NCBI GenBank assembly: GCA_008690995.1
Contig: VRMN01000003.1
Coordinates: 868,001-932,000 of the forward strand
Source: Porphyridium purpureum
Lineage: Eukaryota
DNA: 64,000 nt
Direction: 5' to 3'
Below are positions 10,791 through 21,000 of this stretch, one piece after another. The number at the start of each line of letters is the position of its first letter. The stretch's first letter is position 1. The notes beneath the pieces are model-generated. The model was not told where the DNA came from, made no database searches, and was given only the letters and a program-made list of their open reading frames with translations. The translations under genes and the position numbers were made by a program.

Positions 10791-12356
10791 ATGGCGTCGG
10801 CCGAGTTTGGGGTGAACACCACCGAGGTGTTGTTCCAGAGCTTTAATTGGACATCGAGTAAGTACAACGGCTCCTCGGGCAGCTGGTACAATCATATCAA
10901 GAAGCTGGCGCCGGAGATCGCCGAACTGGGCGTGACGTACGTGTGGTTCCCGCCGCCGCAGGACTCGTTGTCACCGGAAGGGTACATGCCGCGAGATATC
11001 GACAAGTTGGACTCAAAGTACGGCTCGGAGCAGGAGCTGAAGGCCTGCGTGGATGAGCTCAAGTCCCGCGGCCTGCATTGCTTGGCGGACACCGTGCTGA
11101 ACCATCGATGTGCGTCGCAAAAGTCGCCCAACGGCCAGTGGACAAAGTTTGGGGGCAAGTACGACTGGAACGACGACGCAATCATCAATAACGACCCATC
11201 GTTCCACGGTCGCGGCCACCCCGGAACAGGCGTTCCACTCGCCATCGCTCCAAACATCGATCACCAGCAGGAATTCGTCAAGCGCGACATCACCGAGTGG
11301 CTCAACTACTTGAGGCACACGATTGGCTTCGAAGCGTACCGTATTGACTATGCGCGTGGCTTTAGCGGCCGCTTTGTCGGTGAGTATATGAAGGCAACCG
11401 AGCCGGCCTTTGCCGTCGCAGAGTACTGGGACGGCTTGGCGTATGACGGTGACTACATGAAGCCAAACCAGAACGAGCACCGCAAACGCATTGCACACTA
11501 TGTGGACGCGACCGAGAAGCGCGCCCACGCGTTCGACTTCACGACCAAGGGCATGCTGATGCAGGCATGTAAATCCGGTGAGTATTGGCGTCTCAAGGAC
11601 GACAAAGGCAAGCCGTCTGGATTTTTGGGTATGTGGCCGCAGAAGGCTGTCTCCTTCATCGACAATCACGATACGGGATCCACGCAAGCACACTGGCCGT
11701 TCCCGAACGACAAGGTGATGCAGGGATATGCGTACATCTTAACGCATCCGGGCATGCCCACCGTATTCTATGACCACGTTTTTGATTGGAAGCTGAAAGA
11801 CCAGATCCAGCAACTCATCAAGCTCCGCAAGGAGATGGAACTGACCGCAGCGTGCCAGGTGAACATTGAGCGAGCAGACAATATCATGTATGTGGCCCGT
11901 GTGAGTGCAGACGATGTCACGTCTAAGCAGCTGTATCTCAAACTCGGACACGGCTCGTGGGCGCCAAGCGCTGACCGAGGTTGGAAGCTGGCGGCGTCAG
12001 GCAATGGATACGCCGTGTGGACACGTTCGGGCATTCCGCAGAAGGAGCCGGAGCCGTCGCTGCAGCGTATTGCAAGCCAGGTTGCGCCATTCCTACCTCT
12101 ACCGGTGGAGCCAAAGCCAGAGAGAAAGCCGAGCGTGGTGAGGCTAGACACGGGGGATGAGCTGGTACAGGAGGTTGCCGCGCTCGAGCTTCATGACGAC
12201 GACATGAAGTTTTACGTCACGAACAATGGAGCGGGTAAGAAAAAAATTGTGATGGAGCTCGAAGTGGATGAGGCCATGGCCATAGACTGCGAGTTCACAG
12301 TAACTCTGTGCGTCCAGCGTGACGACGAAGTCGAAACGCTTATGAAACGTTTGTAA
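10791..12356 (+). CDS. Alpha-amylase, GH13 plant-type, with C-terminal extension
   Basis: VLFQSFNW, EGYMPRD, DTVLNHR, catalytic RIDYARG (D), AEYWD (E), FIDNHDTG (D), and YAVW closing domain C. No obvious targeting peptide. Confidence 0.93.
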   Translation: MASAEFGVNTTEVLFQSFNWTSSKYNGSSGSWYNHIKKLAPEIAELGVTYVWFPPPQDSLSPEGYMPRDIDKLDSKYGSEQELKACVDELKSRGLHCLADTVLNHRCASQKSPNGQWTKFGGKYDWNDDAIINNDPSFHGRGHPGTGVPLAIAPNIDHQQEFVKRDITEWLNYLRHTIGFEAYRIDYARGFSGRFVGEYMKATEPAFAVAEYWDGLAYDGDYMKPNQNEHRKRIAHYVDATEKRAHAFDFTTKGMLMQACKSGEYWRLKDDKGKPSGFLGMWPQKAVSFIDNHDTGSTQAHWPFPNDKVMQGYAYILTHPGMPTVFYDHVFDWKLKDQIQQLIKLRKEMELTAACQVNIERADNIMYVARVSADDVTSKQLYLKLGHGSWAPSADRGWKLAASGNGYAVWTRSGIPQKEPEPSLQRIASQVAPFLPLPVEPKPERKPSVVRLDTGDELVQEVAALELHDDDMKFYVTNNGAGKKKIVMELEVDEAMAIDCEFTVTLCVQRDDEVETLMKRL

Positions 12357-12572
12357 CGCAGAAGATAGCCGAGTTCTGTTGCTGCTCAGCTTGACTCAAA
12401 CCGCACGAATGTACATCTCCGCGGCTCCAGTAGTATTTTTTCGTTTTGTTCTTTGACACTCATTCCATGGAATAGCGAGAAGGGCACGTCCCCTTTGCGC
12501 GCATCCCTAGCGTGAGAGACCACTAGTGCCCTCTTGACTAGCGCTGGCACTTCTCTCCTGCTTGCGCTGGCT

Positions 12573-14252
12573 TTATTTGTTCGTGAGGATGGCTTCTAGC
12601 TCACTAAACGCCTTGTCCAGGTCGTCGTTAATAATGGTACGATCAAAGTAGCCTTTGGTGGCTGCCGCGCTCATCTCACGGACCGCCTCATTCATTCGCA
12701 GGCGCACCGCCAGCTCATCTTCGGTGCCTCGCTCATGTAGCCGCTGTTCCAGCACGTCGAGGCTCGGCGGGCCGACCCATACAAAAAGACCATCGAACGT
12801 TTCCACGCTGCGCAGCGTCTCAACGCCTTGGATATCGATACACAGAATGCAGACGCGCTGCTTCCGCGCAAGCTCCTGAATACTCGTTAGGCTCGTGCCA
12901 TAATAGTTGCCGTGCACGTACGCGTGCTCCACAAACGCACCTTGGCGCAGCAGCTCGAGAAACTCGTCTTCACTCACAAAGTTGTAGTCCACGCCATTCA
13001 CTTCTTCTGGGCGCCGCTTGCGCGTCGTATGTGACACACAATTCCCATACTTCTCGGGATACTTCTCCATGAGCATGCGCAAAAGCGTTGTCTTGCCTAC
13101 GCCACTGGGTCCGCTGATGATCACTGGGCGAAACGCCGCCTCGCTTTCAATCGAACCACCATCTGCGGTACCATGCTTTCCCTGAGATACAGCATCCGAT
13201 GCACTAGGTGATGCTCGATTTGCAAAATTTAGGGCCTGCTTCATGCCCATACCAACAGCTGATTGAGGTTTCGATTTCCCAATTTCCTCCGCCATGGGCT
13301 TGAATACTCCTTGCCAAATTGGTACTTTGTACGCCAGGAAGCCGAGCGACCCGCAAACTACCTCTGTCTGAGTGATTGTGCTTCCTTGCACAACGTACAC
13401 CGTAAGCAACGGCACGACGGGCATTGCGAATCGAGACAACACCATTGCTCTGTCCAACATGCTGATCGGCGTGCTGCTCTGCACTTGATCAACCTTCCTG
13501 CTGAGCAACATAAGATAGGCTACGCCACAGAGCGCCCCCATAGCAAAGATTACTGTGGAAGCCACGTCATGCGTACCAAAAGCGGCTACCACCGTCCCAG
13601 CAGCGCCTGTCACGGCTGCGTTGCCAAATAATTCTCGCTTGAGCGCCTCGTACTCTTCTAGATATTGCTTTCGCATTGCGTCATCTACTTTCACGTTCGC
13701 CTTGGGAAAGCCGTCTCGAACGCCTTCAACGCGGTACGCTTGCTGCGAAGCCACGAATGATGCACCGCGCGCCACGCGCATCGCGCCCGCGTCCTTCCAC
13801 TTGCGCGCCAGCTTCTTTGCGTTACTGTTTGAAGGCACGGCGAAAAGCTGCGACCCAACGTTTCGCAGCTCCATGAGGTCTACAATGTACGACGTACGTT
13901 CCGGCAAATACTGCACTTTCTCTACGAGACCCACCGCGTCCTCGCCCGGCCACTTGCCGCCGTACAATACAATGTCGCCGACCTTGGGGACGACAAAGCC
14001 ACGCGCGTCAATCTCTCGCGTAGATGGATTCCGCATCTCCCCTGCCGGACTCGCGATTTCTGTTTCGCCCACTGAATCAGACGACCGAGCTGCATCGGAT
14101 CCCGCCTCCGCTTTGCAGACGTGCACCACACGGGCCCTGACGCGTCGCGCGGGCTTGCACGTGCGCACACACGCCGCGACAGAGCAACTTGGTCCTGCGC
14201 TCATGTGTACCCATGGCGGCGACACCGCTCCCGTAAATGCGGCGACACCCAT
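12573..14252 (-). CDS. Plastid-targeted fusion: N-terminal beta-rich domain + Atp1/CGL160-like membrane domain + guanylate kinase
   Basis: Guanylate kinase motifs ISGPSGVGKTT, VSHTTR..RPEEVNGVDYNFV, VHGNYYGT, DIQG. Middle EYEALKREL...GALCGVAYLMLLSRKVD...LGFLAYK resembles Atp1. Confidence 0.85.
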   Translation of the reverse strand: MGVAAFTGAVSPPWVHMSAGPSCSVAACVRTCKPARRVRARVVHVCKAEAGSDAARSSDSVGETEIASPAGEMRNPSTREIDARGFVVPKVGDIVLYGGKWPGEDAVGLVEKVQYLPERTSYIVDLMELRNVGSQLFAVPSNSNAKKLARKWKDAGAMRVARGASFVASQQAYRVEGVRDGFPKANVKVDDAMRKQYLEEYEALKRELFGNAAVTGAAGTVVAAFGTHDVASTVIFAMGALCGVAYLMLLSRKVDQVQSSTPISMLDRAMVLSRFAMPVVPLLTVYVVQGSTITQTEVVCGSLGFLAYKVPIWQGVFKPMAEEIGKSKPQSAVGMGMKQALNFANRASPSASDAVSQGKHGTADGGSIESEAAFRPVIISGPSGVGKTTLLRMLMEKYPEKYGNCVSHTTRKRRPEEVNGVDYNFVSEDEFLELLRQGAFVEHAYVHGNYYGTSLTSIQELARKQRVCILCIDIQGVETLRSVETFDGLFVWVGPPSLDVLEQRLHERGTEDELAVRLRMNEAVREMSAAATKGYFDRTIINDDLDKAFSELEAILTNK

Positions 14253-14488
14253 GACTACTGCGCACATACGTTTGTGGCGAAAGATGGAAGGTTGACAAAA
14301 GCTTCATCGCGTTGGAAAATGTGGGAGGCTGAAGGGTACGCAAACTTTTTGGCCAAAGTTGCGGAGCCGAGGGCGGTGAGATTTGTCAACCAGAAGGACC
14401 AAGCAACGGCATGAATGGAAGTGAGTATGGTTTATTGTCGTTCTGAAACGCCAGAGATGCCCACTGCAACAAGCTTGTACTTTTGAAC

Positions 14489-14983
14489 TCATTCTTGGAC
14501 CATCACGAGTGGTGACAGTCGAGGAATCATAGCAGGTGACATAGATCCCGCCGAAGAGGAGGCCACAAGGGGCTTCCCTGTGCACGCGTGGTCGAGCTCC
14601 AGGCGGTGGCGAAGACAAAATTGCATGTCACAGCGCTTGCAGACAATCTTGACTGGCTCGCGAGCACGACACGAATGCACAGCGCACCGCTTATTCTCGC
14701 GCCTTCTCGGTGCGCATCCTTTTGCTTTGTGTTCTTGTAATTTCACCGCGTCGACCTCATTCTTCTTGACCAGCACGGTGCCTTTGCAGTCGGCGCAGGT
14801 CACAACGCGCGCCGGAGCTATACTGAGAAACGACGAGCCCTCTTTCGACCTCACGCTGCAGGCATGAGCATCTGGCTTCCAGTGTTCTGCGCAGAAGGTG
14901 GAGTCGCAGAGCGAACACGTTGTGGGCAAGTAGTCTCGAAACTTGCACTCATGGCAGTGCACGCCGAGCTCTTCAAACTCCAT
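14489..14983 (-). CDS. AN1-type zinc finger protein (ZFAND2/AIRAP-like)
   Basis: MEFEELGVHC...DYLPTTCSLCDSTFCAEH...HAC and a second AN1 finger CKRCDMQFCLRHRLELDHAC. Confidence 0.88.
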   Translation of the reverse strand: MEFEELGVHCHECKFRDYLPTTCSLCDSTFCAEHWKPDAHACSVRSKEGSSFLSIAPARVVTCADCKGTVLVKKNEVDAVKLQEHKAKGCAPRRRENKRCAVHSCRAREPVKIVCKRCDMQFCLRHRLELDHACTGKPLVASSSAGSMSPAMIPRLSPLVMVQE

Positions 14984-15335
14984 CAGGATACAAGTCGCGA
15001 GATACCCGATCCTGTTGCTTGTCCGCGAGTATACGCTCAACTCTTCAGCTATCGTCGCACTCCAACCCGGTCTCTCAGCCTCAGTCTCTCTGTCTCTCAC
15101 TCTCTCTCTCTCTGTCTGCTTCTCGCTGGTGTCGGAATATATAGAGACATGACCGCGCTGTCCGCATGGCGACTCGCACGCTCCGAGAAACTCGCTGCCA
15201 GCACCTTTGTGGGTGTACAGTTTGGTGGAGTACAGTTGGGTGCTTCAATTCACGAATGGTCGCAGCTGGCACGGGAGCTGCGCAGCGCAGTCACCGACGC
15301 AGTCGTGGAACTGCGCAAGTCACGGACGAGACGGG

Positions 15336-16676
15336 TCACGCAAGGAGCAGCAGACCAACAGAGAGATTGCGCTGGACATTGGACTGCGCGAGTGGAAGCC
15401 TCGCTTGCTCTCCGAAGCACGTCATTCCAAGCAGAGGTAATCCGGCAACTCGGTCCTTGAACGCTGGCGACGTGAGGCCCGTGTCCAGCTTGTCGCCCAC
15501 CGCAATAGCCATGCCGCCACAATACACCAAAAGTGCAGCCGAAGGGTTCTTTGATGCACCAAGCTGCGAGCGCGCCGCGTCGTACGCGTCGGACAAAGTC
15601 TTCGCATAGCCCGTCGATGGGCCTTCACCGGAATCCATAATGACGAGCTCGGCGCCCTGCGGAACTGGCGCGAAAAAGTCTGCGTAGCTGGCGCGTCCAC
15701 CGAGCGCAGCAAGGTGCATCGTTACGTACTCTCCACTGCTTTGTTTGATACCAACAGGTCTGGTAGACGTGACGGGAAGGATAAGACCGCCATTTTCATA
15801 CGCGTCCTTCACAGCATCACCTAGCCATTCATACACCCATTCGGACGCCGGCTTGCCGTTGATGTCAAACACGCGCCGGCCCTCGGTTTTTGTTGCGACG
15901 CCAACGCGCGATGTCGCTTCGTATGGCCCCAGCATCGACGCTCCAAACGCGACTTGCGATCCAATACCCACGAAACTCACACCAGTGCCTGACGCGCCTT
16001 CCGCCGAAAACACCTGCCACTCACCAGTGAGCGCGTTGTCGGCCGCCGTGCCGCCAAAAATTGGTACGTTGGGCCCGAAAACGTCCGTTAGAGCTGCAAT
16101 ACATGCCTCTTCAGCGCCTGGGGTCGCACTCATCACAATGACTGCCGGCTGAGGCATGGCCTGTTTCAGCTTCTTTGCGGCTGCGCCAGCATCACCGCCC
16201 ATATCACTGATCGCGGCGAATGCGCCCGGGGCATCGGAAGCATCCAGCAAGAGGCAACCCACGGCGTTCGGTGCAGATCCGAACGACGAGAGCAATGCGC
16301 CCGAGCTTGTCAGGCCGTGAATCGGGGTGTTTGGCGGCAGAGCCGCTGCAAAAGCGGCGCGCACTTCGTCTGCCGGGCGAGCGACGGTGCAGGACACAAA
16401 CGCGATGGCCGGGTTGGCCACGCTCGCCGAAGCCTGCGCCACTGCCTCCCGCACTGCGTCGTTTGTGTCTTCTTTCACACTCTGGCCCGCGCCTGATTTC
16501 AGCGCCATGCGCACGTTCACACGCGTGTGCCCCTTGCCCCGTGTGTGTGAGCGGCACGCGCGGTGTGTCGCACATCGCAGCGCGGGCGCTCGCGCGGGCG
16601 CGCACAACGCAGCAAGCTCCTGCGGCGCTCTTCTTCCACGCACCAAGCGCGTGCCCAACGCCGCCTGAAACGCCAT
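15336..16676 (-). CDS. FIST_N + FIST_C domain protein, plastid-targeted
   Basis: MAFQ transit peptide, then PIFGGTAADN, GRRVFDINGKPA, ALLVYCGG and PLLGMTCFGEQ (FIST motifs). Confidence 0.85.
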   Translation of the reverse strand: MAFQAALGTRLVRGRRAPQELAALCAPARAPALRCATHRACRSHTRGKGHTRVNVRMALKSGAGQSVKEDTNDAVREAVAQASASVANPAIAFVSCTVARPADEVRAAFAAALPPNTPIHGLTSSGALLSSFGSAPNAVGCLLLDASDAPGAFAAISDMGGDAGAAAKKLKQAMPQPAVIVMSATPGAEEACIAALTDVFGPNVPIFGGTAADNALTGEWQVFSAEGASGTGVSFVGIGSQVAFGASMLGPYEATSRVGVATKTEGRRVFDINGKPASEWVYEWLGDAVKDAYENGGLILPVTSTRPVGIKQSSGEYVTMHLAALGGRASYADFFAPVPQGAELVIMDSGEGPSTGYAKTLSDAYDAARSQLGASKNPSAALLVYCGGMAIAVGDKLDTGLTSPAFKDRVAGLPLLGMTCFGEQARLPLAQSNVQRNLSVGLLLLA

Positions 16677-17038
16677 CGCCGCCTCGCAACGCGCACCACG
16701 CGCGCCACAACCACTGCCGCTCACCGCACGGGCTGCGCACTGCCGCGCCCACCTCAGCAGCTCACCTCCACCCGCGCCGTCATGCCTATTGCAAAGTCAT
16801 GCCGCATGACACCCACCCGAACCGAGCCGCGAGCTGTACTTCACAACTGTACATTCGCGCTGTAGGGGAAGTACAGTGGCTGTTTCGATCCGATAAAACG
16901 ACACCATTTTTGTATTGGATCGCGCTCGCGAGCTTGTGTGGCCGCTTGGTGTTCAGGAAGAAGCGAGAAGGGAAAGATGGTTGAAGGGAGAGACAGGGAG
17001 GGAGGGTGGGAGAGAAAGAGTGGAAGCGGAGGCAAGTT

Positions 17039-17063
17039 GTGTGTGTGTGTGTGTGTGTGTGTG
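17039..17063. repeat. (GT)n microsatellite
   Basis: About 12 GT units upstream of YKT6. Confidence 0.9.
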
Positions 17064-17183
17064 GCGTGTGTGTGGCGTTTGAGTGGAGTGGGTTGACGTG
17101 TTGGTGTTCGTGTTTGTGGATGGTGAGGAGGCGCGGGAGTGGACGGAGCTGAGCAGCGTCGCGGACAGGGTGCGCGCGACAGA

Positions 17184-17786
17184 ATGAAGATCGTCGCGTT
17201 GTTGGTGCTGCGCTGCCTCCCGCAAGACGCAGAAGCGGTCGTGCTGGCTGACGCATACCATCTGAACGAGTTTAGCTACTTCCAAAGAGGCTCCGTCAAG
17301 GAGTTTGCCTTGTTCTTCAGCAAAACGGTCGCAAAGCGCGTCGATCTGGGACAGCGCTCAACCGTCGAGCATCAGGAGTATAACGTGCATGTGCATGTCC
17401 GCGCAAATGGACTCGGAGCCGTCGCGCTCTGCGACCAGGAGTACCCAACGCGCGTGGCTTTCACATTGCTCCTGAAACTGCTCGATGATTTCTGCTCAGT
17501 GCATGCAGAGAGCACGTGGAGACAAACAGCCCAAGGACTGCCCTTCCCAGAGATCAACGAGACCATAGAAAAATACCAAAACCCAGCCGAGGCCGACAAT
17601 CTAATGAAGCTGCAGAGGGAGGTTGACGAGACCAAGGTCATTCTGCACAAGACCGTCGACTCGGTCCTAGAGCGAGGCGTCAAACTTGACAACCTCGTGG
17701 ACAAGAGCAACGACCTCTCCGCACAATCGAAGATGTTCTACCAAACATCAAAGAATCAAAATTCGTGCTGCTCTGGCGGCTGGTGA
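17184..17786 (+). CDS. YKT6: Longin R-SNARE YKT6
   Basis: FSYFQRGSVKEF, YPTRVAF, YQNPAEAD, DETKVILHKTVDSVLERGVKLDNLV; ends NSCCSGGW. Confidence 0.95.
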   Translation: MKIVALLVLRCLPQDAEAVVLADAYHLNEFSYFQRGSVKEFALFFSKTVAKRVDLGQRSTVEHQEYNVHVHVRANGLGAVALCDQEYPTRVAFTLLLKLLDDFCSVHAESTWRQTAQGLPFPEINETIEKYQNPAEADNLMKLQREVDETKVILHKTVDSVLERGVKLDNLVDKSNDLSAQSKMFYQTSKNQNSCCSGGW

Positions 17787-18096
17787 TCAGCGCAAAGCGC
17801 CAAAGCGTATGGTATCGTTCGAGGCGCGCGCTTATTCGCAAAGCTGAGAAGAAAAGCACAGCATAAATAAAAAAAAATACGTACATACACTTTTTTGGCG
17901 TCTTTCATTCTCTACATGACCAGGTGGAACAGGCTGCTTCGAAAGGCTGGTGCTGAGACCAACGCCGACCCGAGCTGATATTGCCCAGATTATACGCTGC
18001 TAAACATGTCGCTGCCATGCATGGCTTCCCTGAGAAACACCGCGCGTCCGACAAGGCGGCATGTTAAACACGCACCATGAAGAGATTGTACACCAA

Positions 18097-19869
18097 TCAG
18101 CGTGAGTGCGGGCGTATATGTGACTCTAAGCGAGCACGCAGTGCGGCCTGATACTCGGCCAGAGGTACCGAGACATTAGATAGTGAGCTCGGATCTTTCA
18201 AGTAATCCAAGCCGACGCTACTGTCTTGCAAACGTTCCCTGATTAGTTTCGACGCCCAGGAGCGCTCTGCGGCAATGCACAAGTCCCGAATATCGCGCCC
18301 AGCCAAGCCATTTGAATGTGCGGCGAGATCCGCACGTTCAGACTCTGATAACTGCTTGGCGTACTTGGAAAACATCTCGCGGCGCGCGGGCTCGTCTGGT
18401 AGTGGAAAATGCAGTATAACGTCAAAACGAGAAATGAGCGCGTCGTCCAGGTCCTGCATTCTATTCGTCGCCGCAACGAGCACTGCGCCACCTTTTTGCT
18501 CGTCATCAAAGCCATCAAGGTGGCGCAAGAGCACGCTCAACATCCGCCGAGTCGCCTCGTGCATTTGGGTATCTGCTCGCGACGTTGCAAGCGAAGAGTC
18601 GATCTCGTCGAGAAAGATCACGACCCGGTCCACTTCACCCAGAAGCCGCATGACGTCGGCGAGCTTTTTCTCACCTTCTCCGTACCAGCGCGAACTCAGC
18701 GTTTCCACCTTGAGGTGCACGAACTTGACTTCAGCCTCAGACGCAATCACGCGTGCGGCCAGAGTCTTTCCAGTACCAGGCGACCCTTCAAAAAGCACTG
18801 CACGTGGTCGACTGCTGCTGACATTTGCACCCCGCAACTCTCCTCGACATGCGCGCGAGACCGAGTCGTACACCTCCGGATACTTCAATGACAGTACAAG
18901 GGTCTCATTCACTACTTGCTTGACTGCCTCATATCCGCAAATGTCGTTCCATGAGTTCGTACTGTGTGCTGCAGACACCTCAATACCGTATTTCTGCAGC
19001 AGTTGTGCCTCCGCTCTGCTGCTCTTGTCCGTGGGCAAAGAGTTTGAAGACTCGGTTCCACCTCGTCCCCCGCGGAGGCTGTCACCAAACTCGTCTCGAG
19101 AGCCAATGGCTGGAGGCAGCGAGTCTTCCGCAGGCGGAAGCAAACGGCTCGAGGTAATGGCATTGGCGTTAGACGAATAAGTTGAGAACGCGTACGAGGC
19201 AGCAAGCGCCAGTGCATCGCATTCGTCTTCAGTAAACGCGCTGCCGGATTGCTTTGTAAAGCAGAACTCACCTGCACCTGCTCCCAAGGACGCCGTTTTC
19301 AGAGTCAGCGATGCCTCACGCTCAAGATTCGCAGTCAGCACCATTGACGAAGCCTGGTCACGGGCAGAAACGAGAGCATTAGCCGTTCCGTCGTCGGACT
19401 GTTTTCCCAAACAGCTAATAAGCCCGGCCACGATCATGTGCGCGTTCGCGGCTGGGCTTAAAACAGGAAAGGTTACCTTCCGCACATTGTCCTTGTTCAC
19501 TTGAAACTTGATTCGCGACCGATATTCGGGCGGCACAGCCCGCAAAACCCGCTGTTGTACTGTCGACCAGTCTATATTTGTGTCTTTCTCTTTGCATTCA
19601 GCCACTGCTCCTCTGAAGTCCACACCATGCAGCACGAGCGCCGAGCCCAAGGATACGAGCGCTGCCACTTTCAACGCGAGATCCCGCGAGCGCGCTGGCG
19701 GGACATGCGGTACCGAGTGGACCGAAGGCTGGAGCCCAAAACCCGTCCCTCGAGCGTCCCACTTTTGTGTGCGACTTGCATCAACTGCGCTCGTGTGCGC
19801 GCCGCGACACAGACTGGCCAGCATGCGCAATGCGTGACGCGTGTGTCTATTCATGACCACGCGGCCCAT
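18097..19869 (-). CDS. Single-module AAA+ ATPase, probably mitochondrial
   Basis: Walker A GSPGTGKT, Walker B VIFLDEID, SRH AATNRMQDLDDALISRFD. Arg-rich presequence-like N-terminus. Confidence 0.9.
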   Translation of the reverse strand: MGRVVMNRHTRHALRMLASLCRGAHTSAVDASRTQKWDARGTGFGLQPSVHSVPHVPPARSRDLALKVAALVSLGSALVLHGVDFRGAVAECKEKDTNIDWSTVQQRVLRAVPPEYRSRIKFQVNKDNVRKVTFPVLSPAANAHMIVAGLISCLGKQSDDGTANALVSARDQASSMVLTANLEREASLTLKTASLGAGAGEFCFTKQSGSAFTEDECDALALAASYAFSTYSSNANAITSSRLLPPAEDSLPPAIGSRDEFGDSLRGGRGGTESSNSLPTDKSSRAEAQLLQKYGIEVSAAHSTNSWNDICGYEAVKQVVNETLVLSLKYPEVYDSVSRACRGELRGANVSSSRPRAVLFEGSPGTGKTLAARVIASEAEVKFVHLKVETLSSRWYGEGEKKLADVMRLLGEVDRVVIFLDEIDSSLATSRADTQMHEATRRMLSVLLRHLDGFDDEQKGGAVLVAATNRMQDLDDALISRFDVILHFPLPDEPARREMFSKYAKQLSESERADLAAHSNGLAGRDIRDLCIAAERSWASKLIRERLQDSSVGLDYLKDPSSLSNVSVPLAEYQAALRARLESHIRPHSR

Positions 19870-19947
19870 TTTCTAGCACTCCGCGTGCCAGCCACTTGCT
19901 GTTCCCACGCGTTTCCGGGCTTCAGAATTTCTAGACGTTCAACAGCA

Positions 19948-21000
19948 ATGGAGAGGGCGGCGTGGATAGCGCAGGTGGAGCAGGACTGCGGAGTTGGGTT
20001 CGTTGCTTCAAGCTACGCGTACTATTCGCATCCAGCGCAACGTTCCGGCTCACAGTTTGTACTCGTGCCAAAGCTGCCGCTGCATCGCGGGCGCAGGTGG
20101 AATGTGGTGCTCGTCGTACATGGCGGCTTCTGGAAATCCAAGTGGTCGCTGATGAACGCACTGCGCACTGCGCGCTTGGCACGGTTTTTGTTGGATGCTG
20201 GATACGCACCTGTTTTCTTGGAGTATAGAAGGCGACCGGACGATGCACCGAATGCCGCGTTCCCGGGTCCCAACGCAGACCTGATCAACGCGCTTCGTCA
20301 TCTTCGGCGATCGAAGCTGCTCGAAGAGCATGGTATACCAAACTCACTCAACGCAGAACACGTGATCTTGCTTGGACATTCGGCAGGAGGCTCTCTTGCC
20401 TTGTGGGCAGGCACAACGTCTGCGATGTGTTCGTACGAAATGGAAAAGACGGCCGTGGGCAGCGCTTTTCCATTCGAGGCGGTTGCGGCGCTGAGGTGCA
20501 TCAAACTAATCGTAGCGGTAGCGCCCGTCGCGAATCTTGAAATGGCATACTACTTGAGGTTGAGTGACCAGGGCGACGCGGTCCAGCACTATCTCGATCT
20601 CGAGGATGGTGTTTCACCAAGCCGGGTCTCTGAAAGATGCCGCATGGCGTCGCCAGCTCACGCGATGACCGTATGGGCGCCCTTCATTGTCACCAGTGGA
20701 GGCCGCGATACAGACGTACCAGAGCAGGTCATTGAGTCTTTTTATGCCACTCACATGCGCTCGGAGAATTCCGTGCAGTACATTGAGCTTGACAGTATCG
20801 CTGGCGCCAGCGCACAACACCGTGATGATGACGGTCCAGTCGAATTCTACGAAGTAAGCAAGAACGCAAGCAATGCATGGCTGCGGTTCCCGCGTGCAGA
20901 CCATTTCGAACTCTTTGATCCTGACCATATCAGTTTTCAGGAGACCTGGCGCATGGCCATGGAGACTGACCTCGCGTTGTCCTTGATGGAGCTTGGGTGA
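19948..21000 (+). CDS. Alpha/beta hydrolase (esterase/lipase, HGG family)
   Basis: Oxyanion VHGGFW, nucleophile GHSAGG, DTDVP and ADHF catalytic Asp/His. Confidence 0.85.
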   Translation: MERAAWIAQVEQDCGVGFVASSYAYYSHPAQRSGSQFVLVPKLPLHRGRRWNVVLVVHGGFWKSKWSLMNALRTARLARFLLDAGYAPVFLEYRRRPDDAPNAAFPGPNADLINALRHLRRSKLLEEHGIPNSLNAEHVILLGHSAGGSLALWAGTTSAMCSYEMEKTAVGSAFPFEAVAALRCIKLIVAVAPVANLEMAYYLRLSDQGDAVQHYLDLEDGVSPSRVSERCRMASPAHAMTVWAPFIVTSGGRDTDVPEQVIESFYATHMRSENSVQYIELDSIAGASAQHRDDDGPVEFYEVSKNASNAWLRFPRADHFELFDPDHISFQETWRMAMETDLALSLMELG

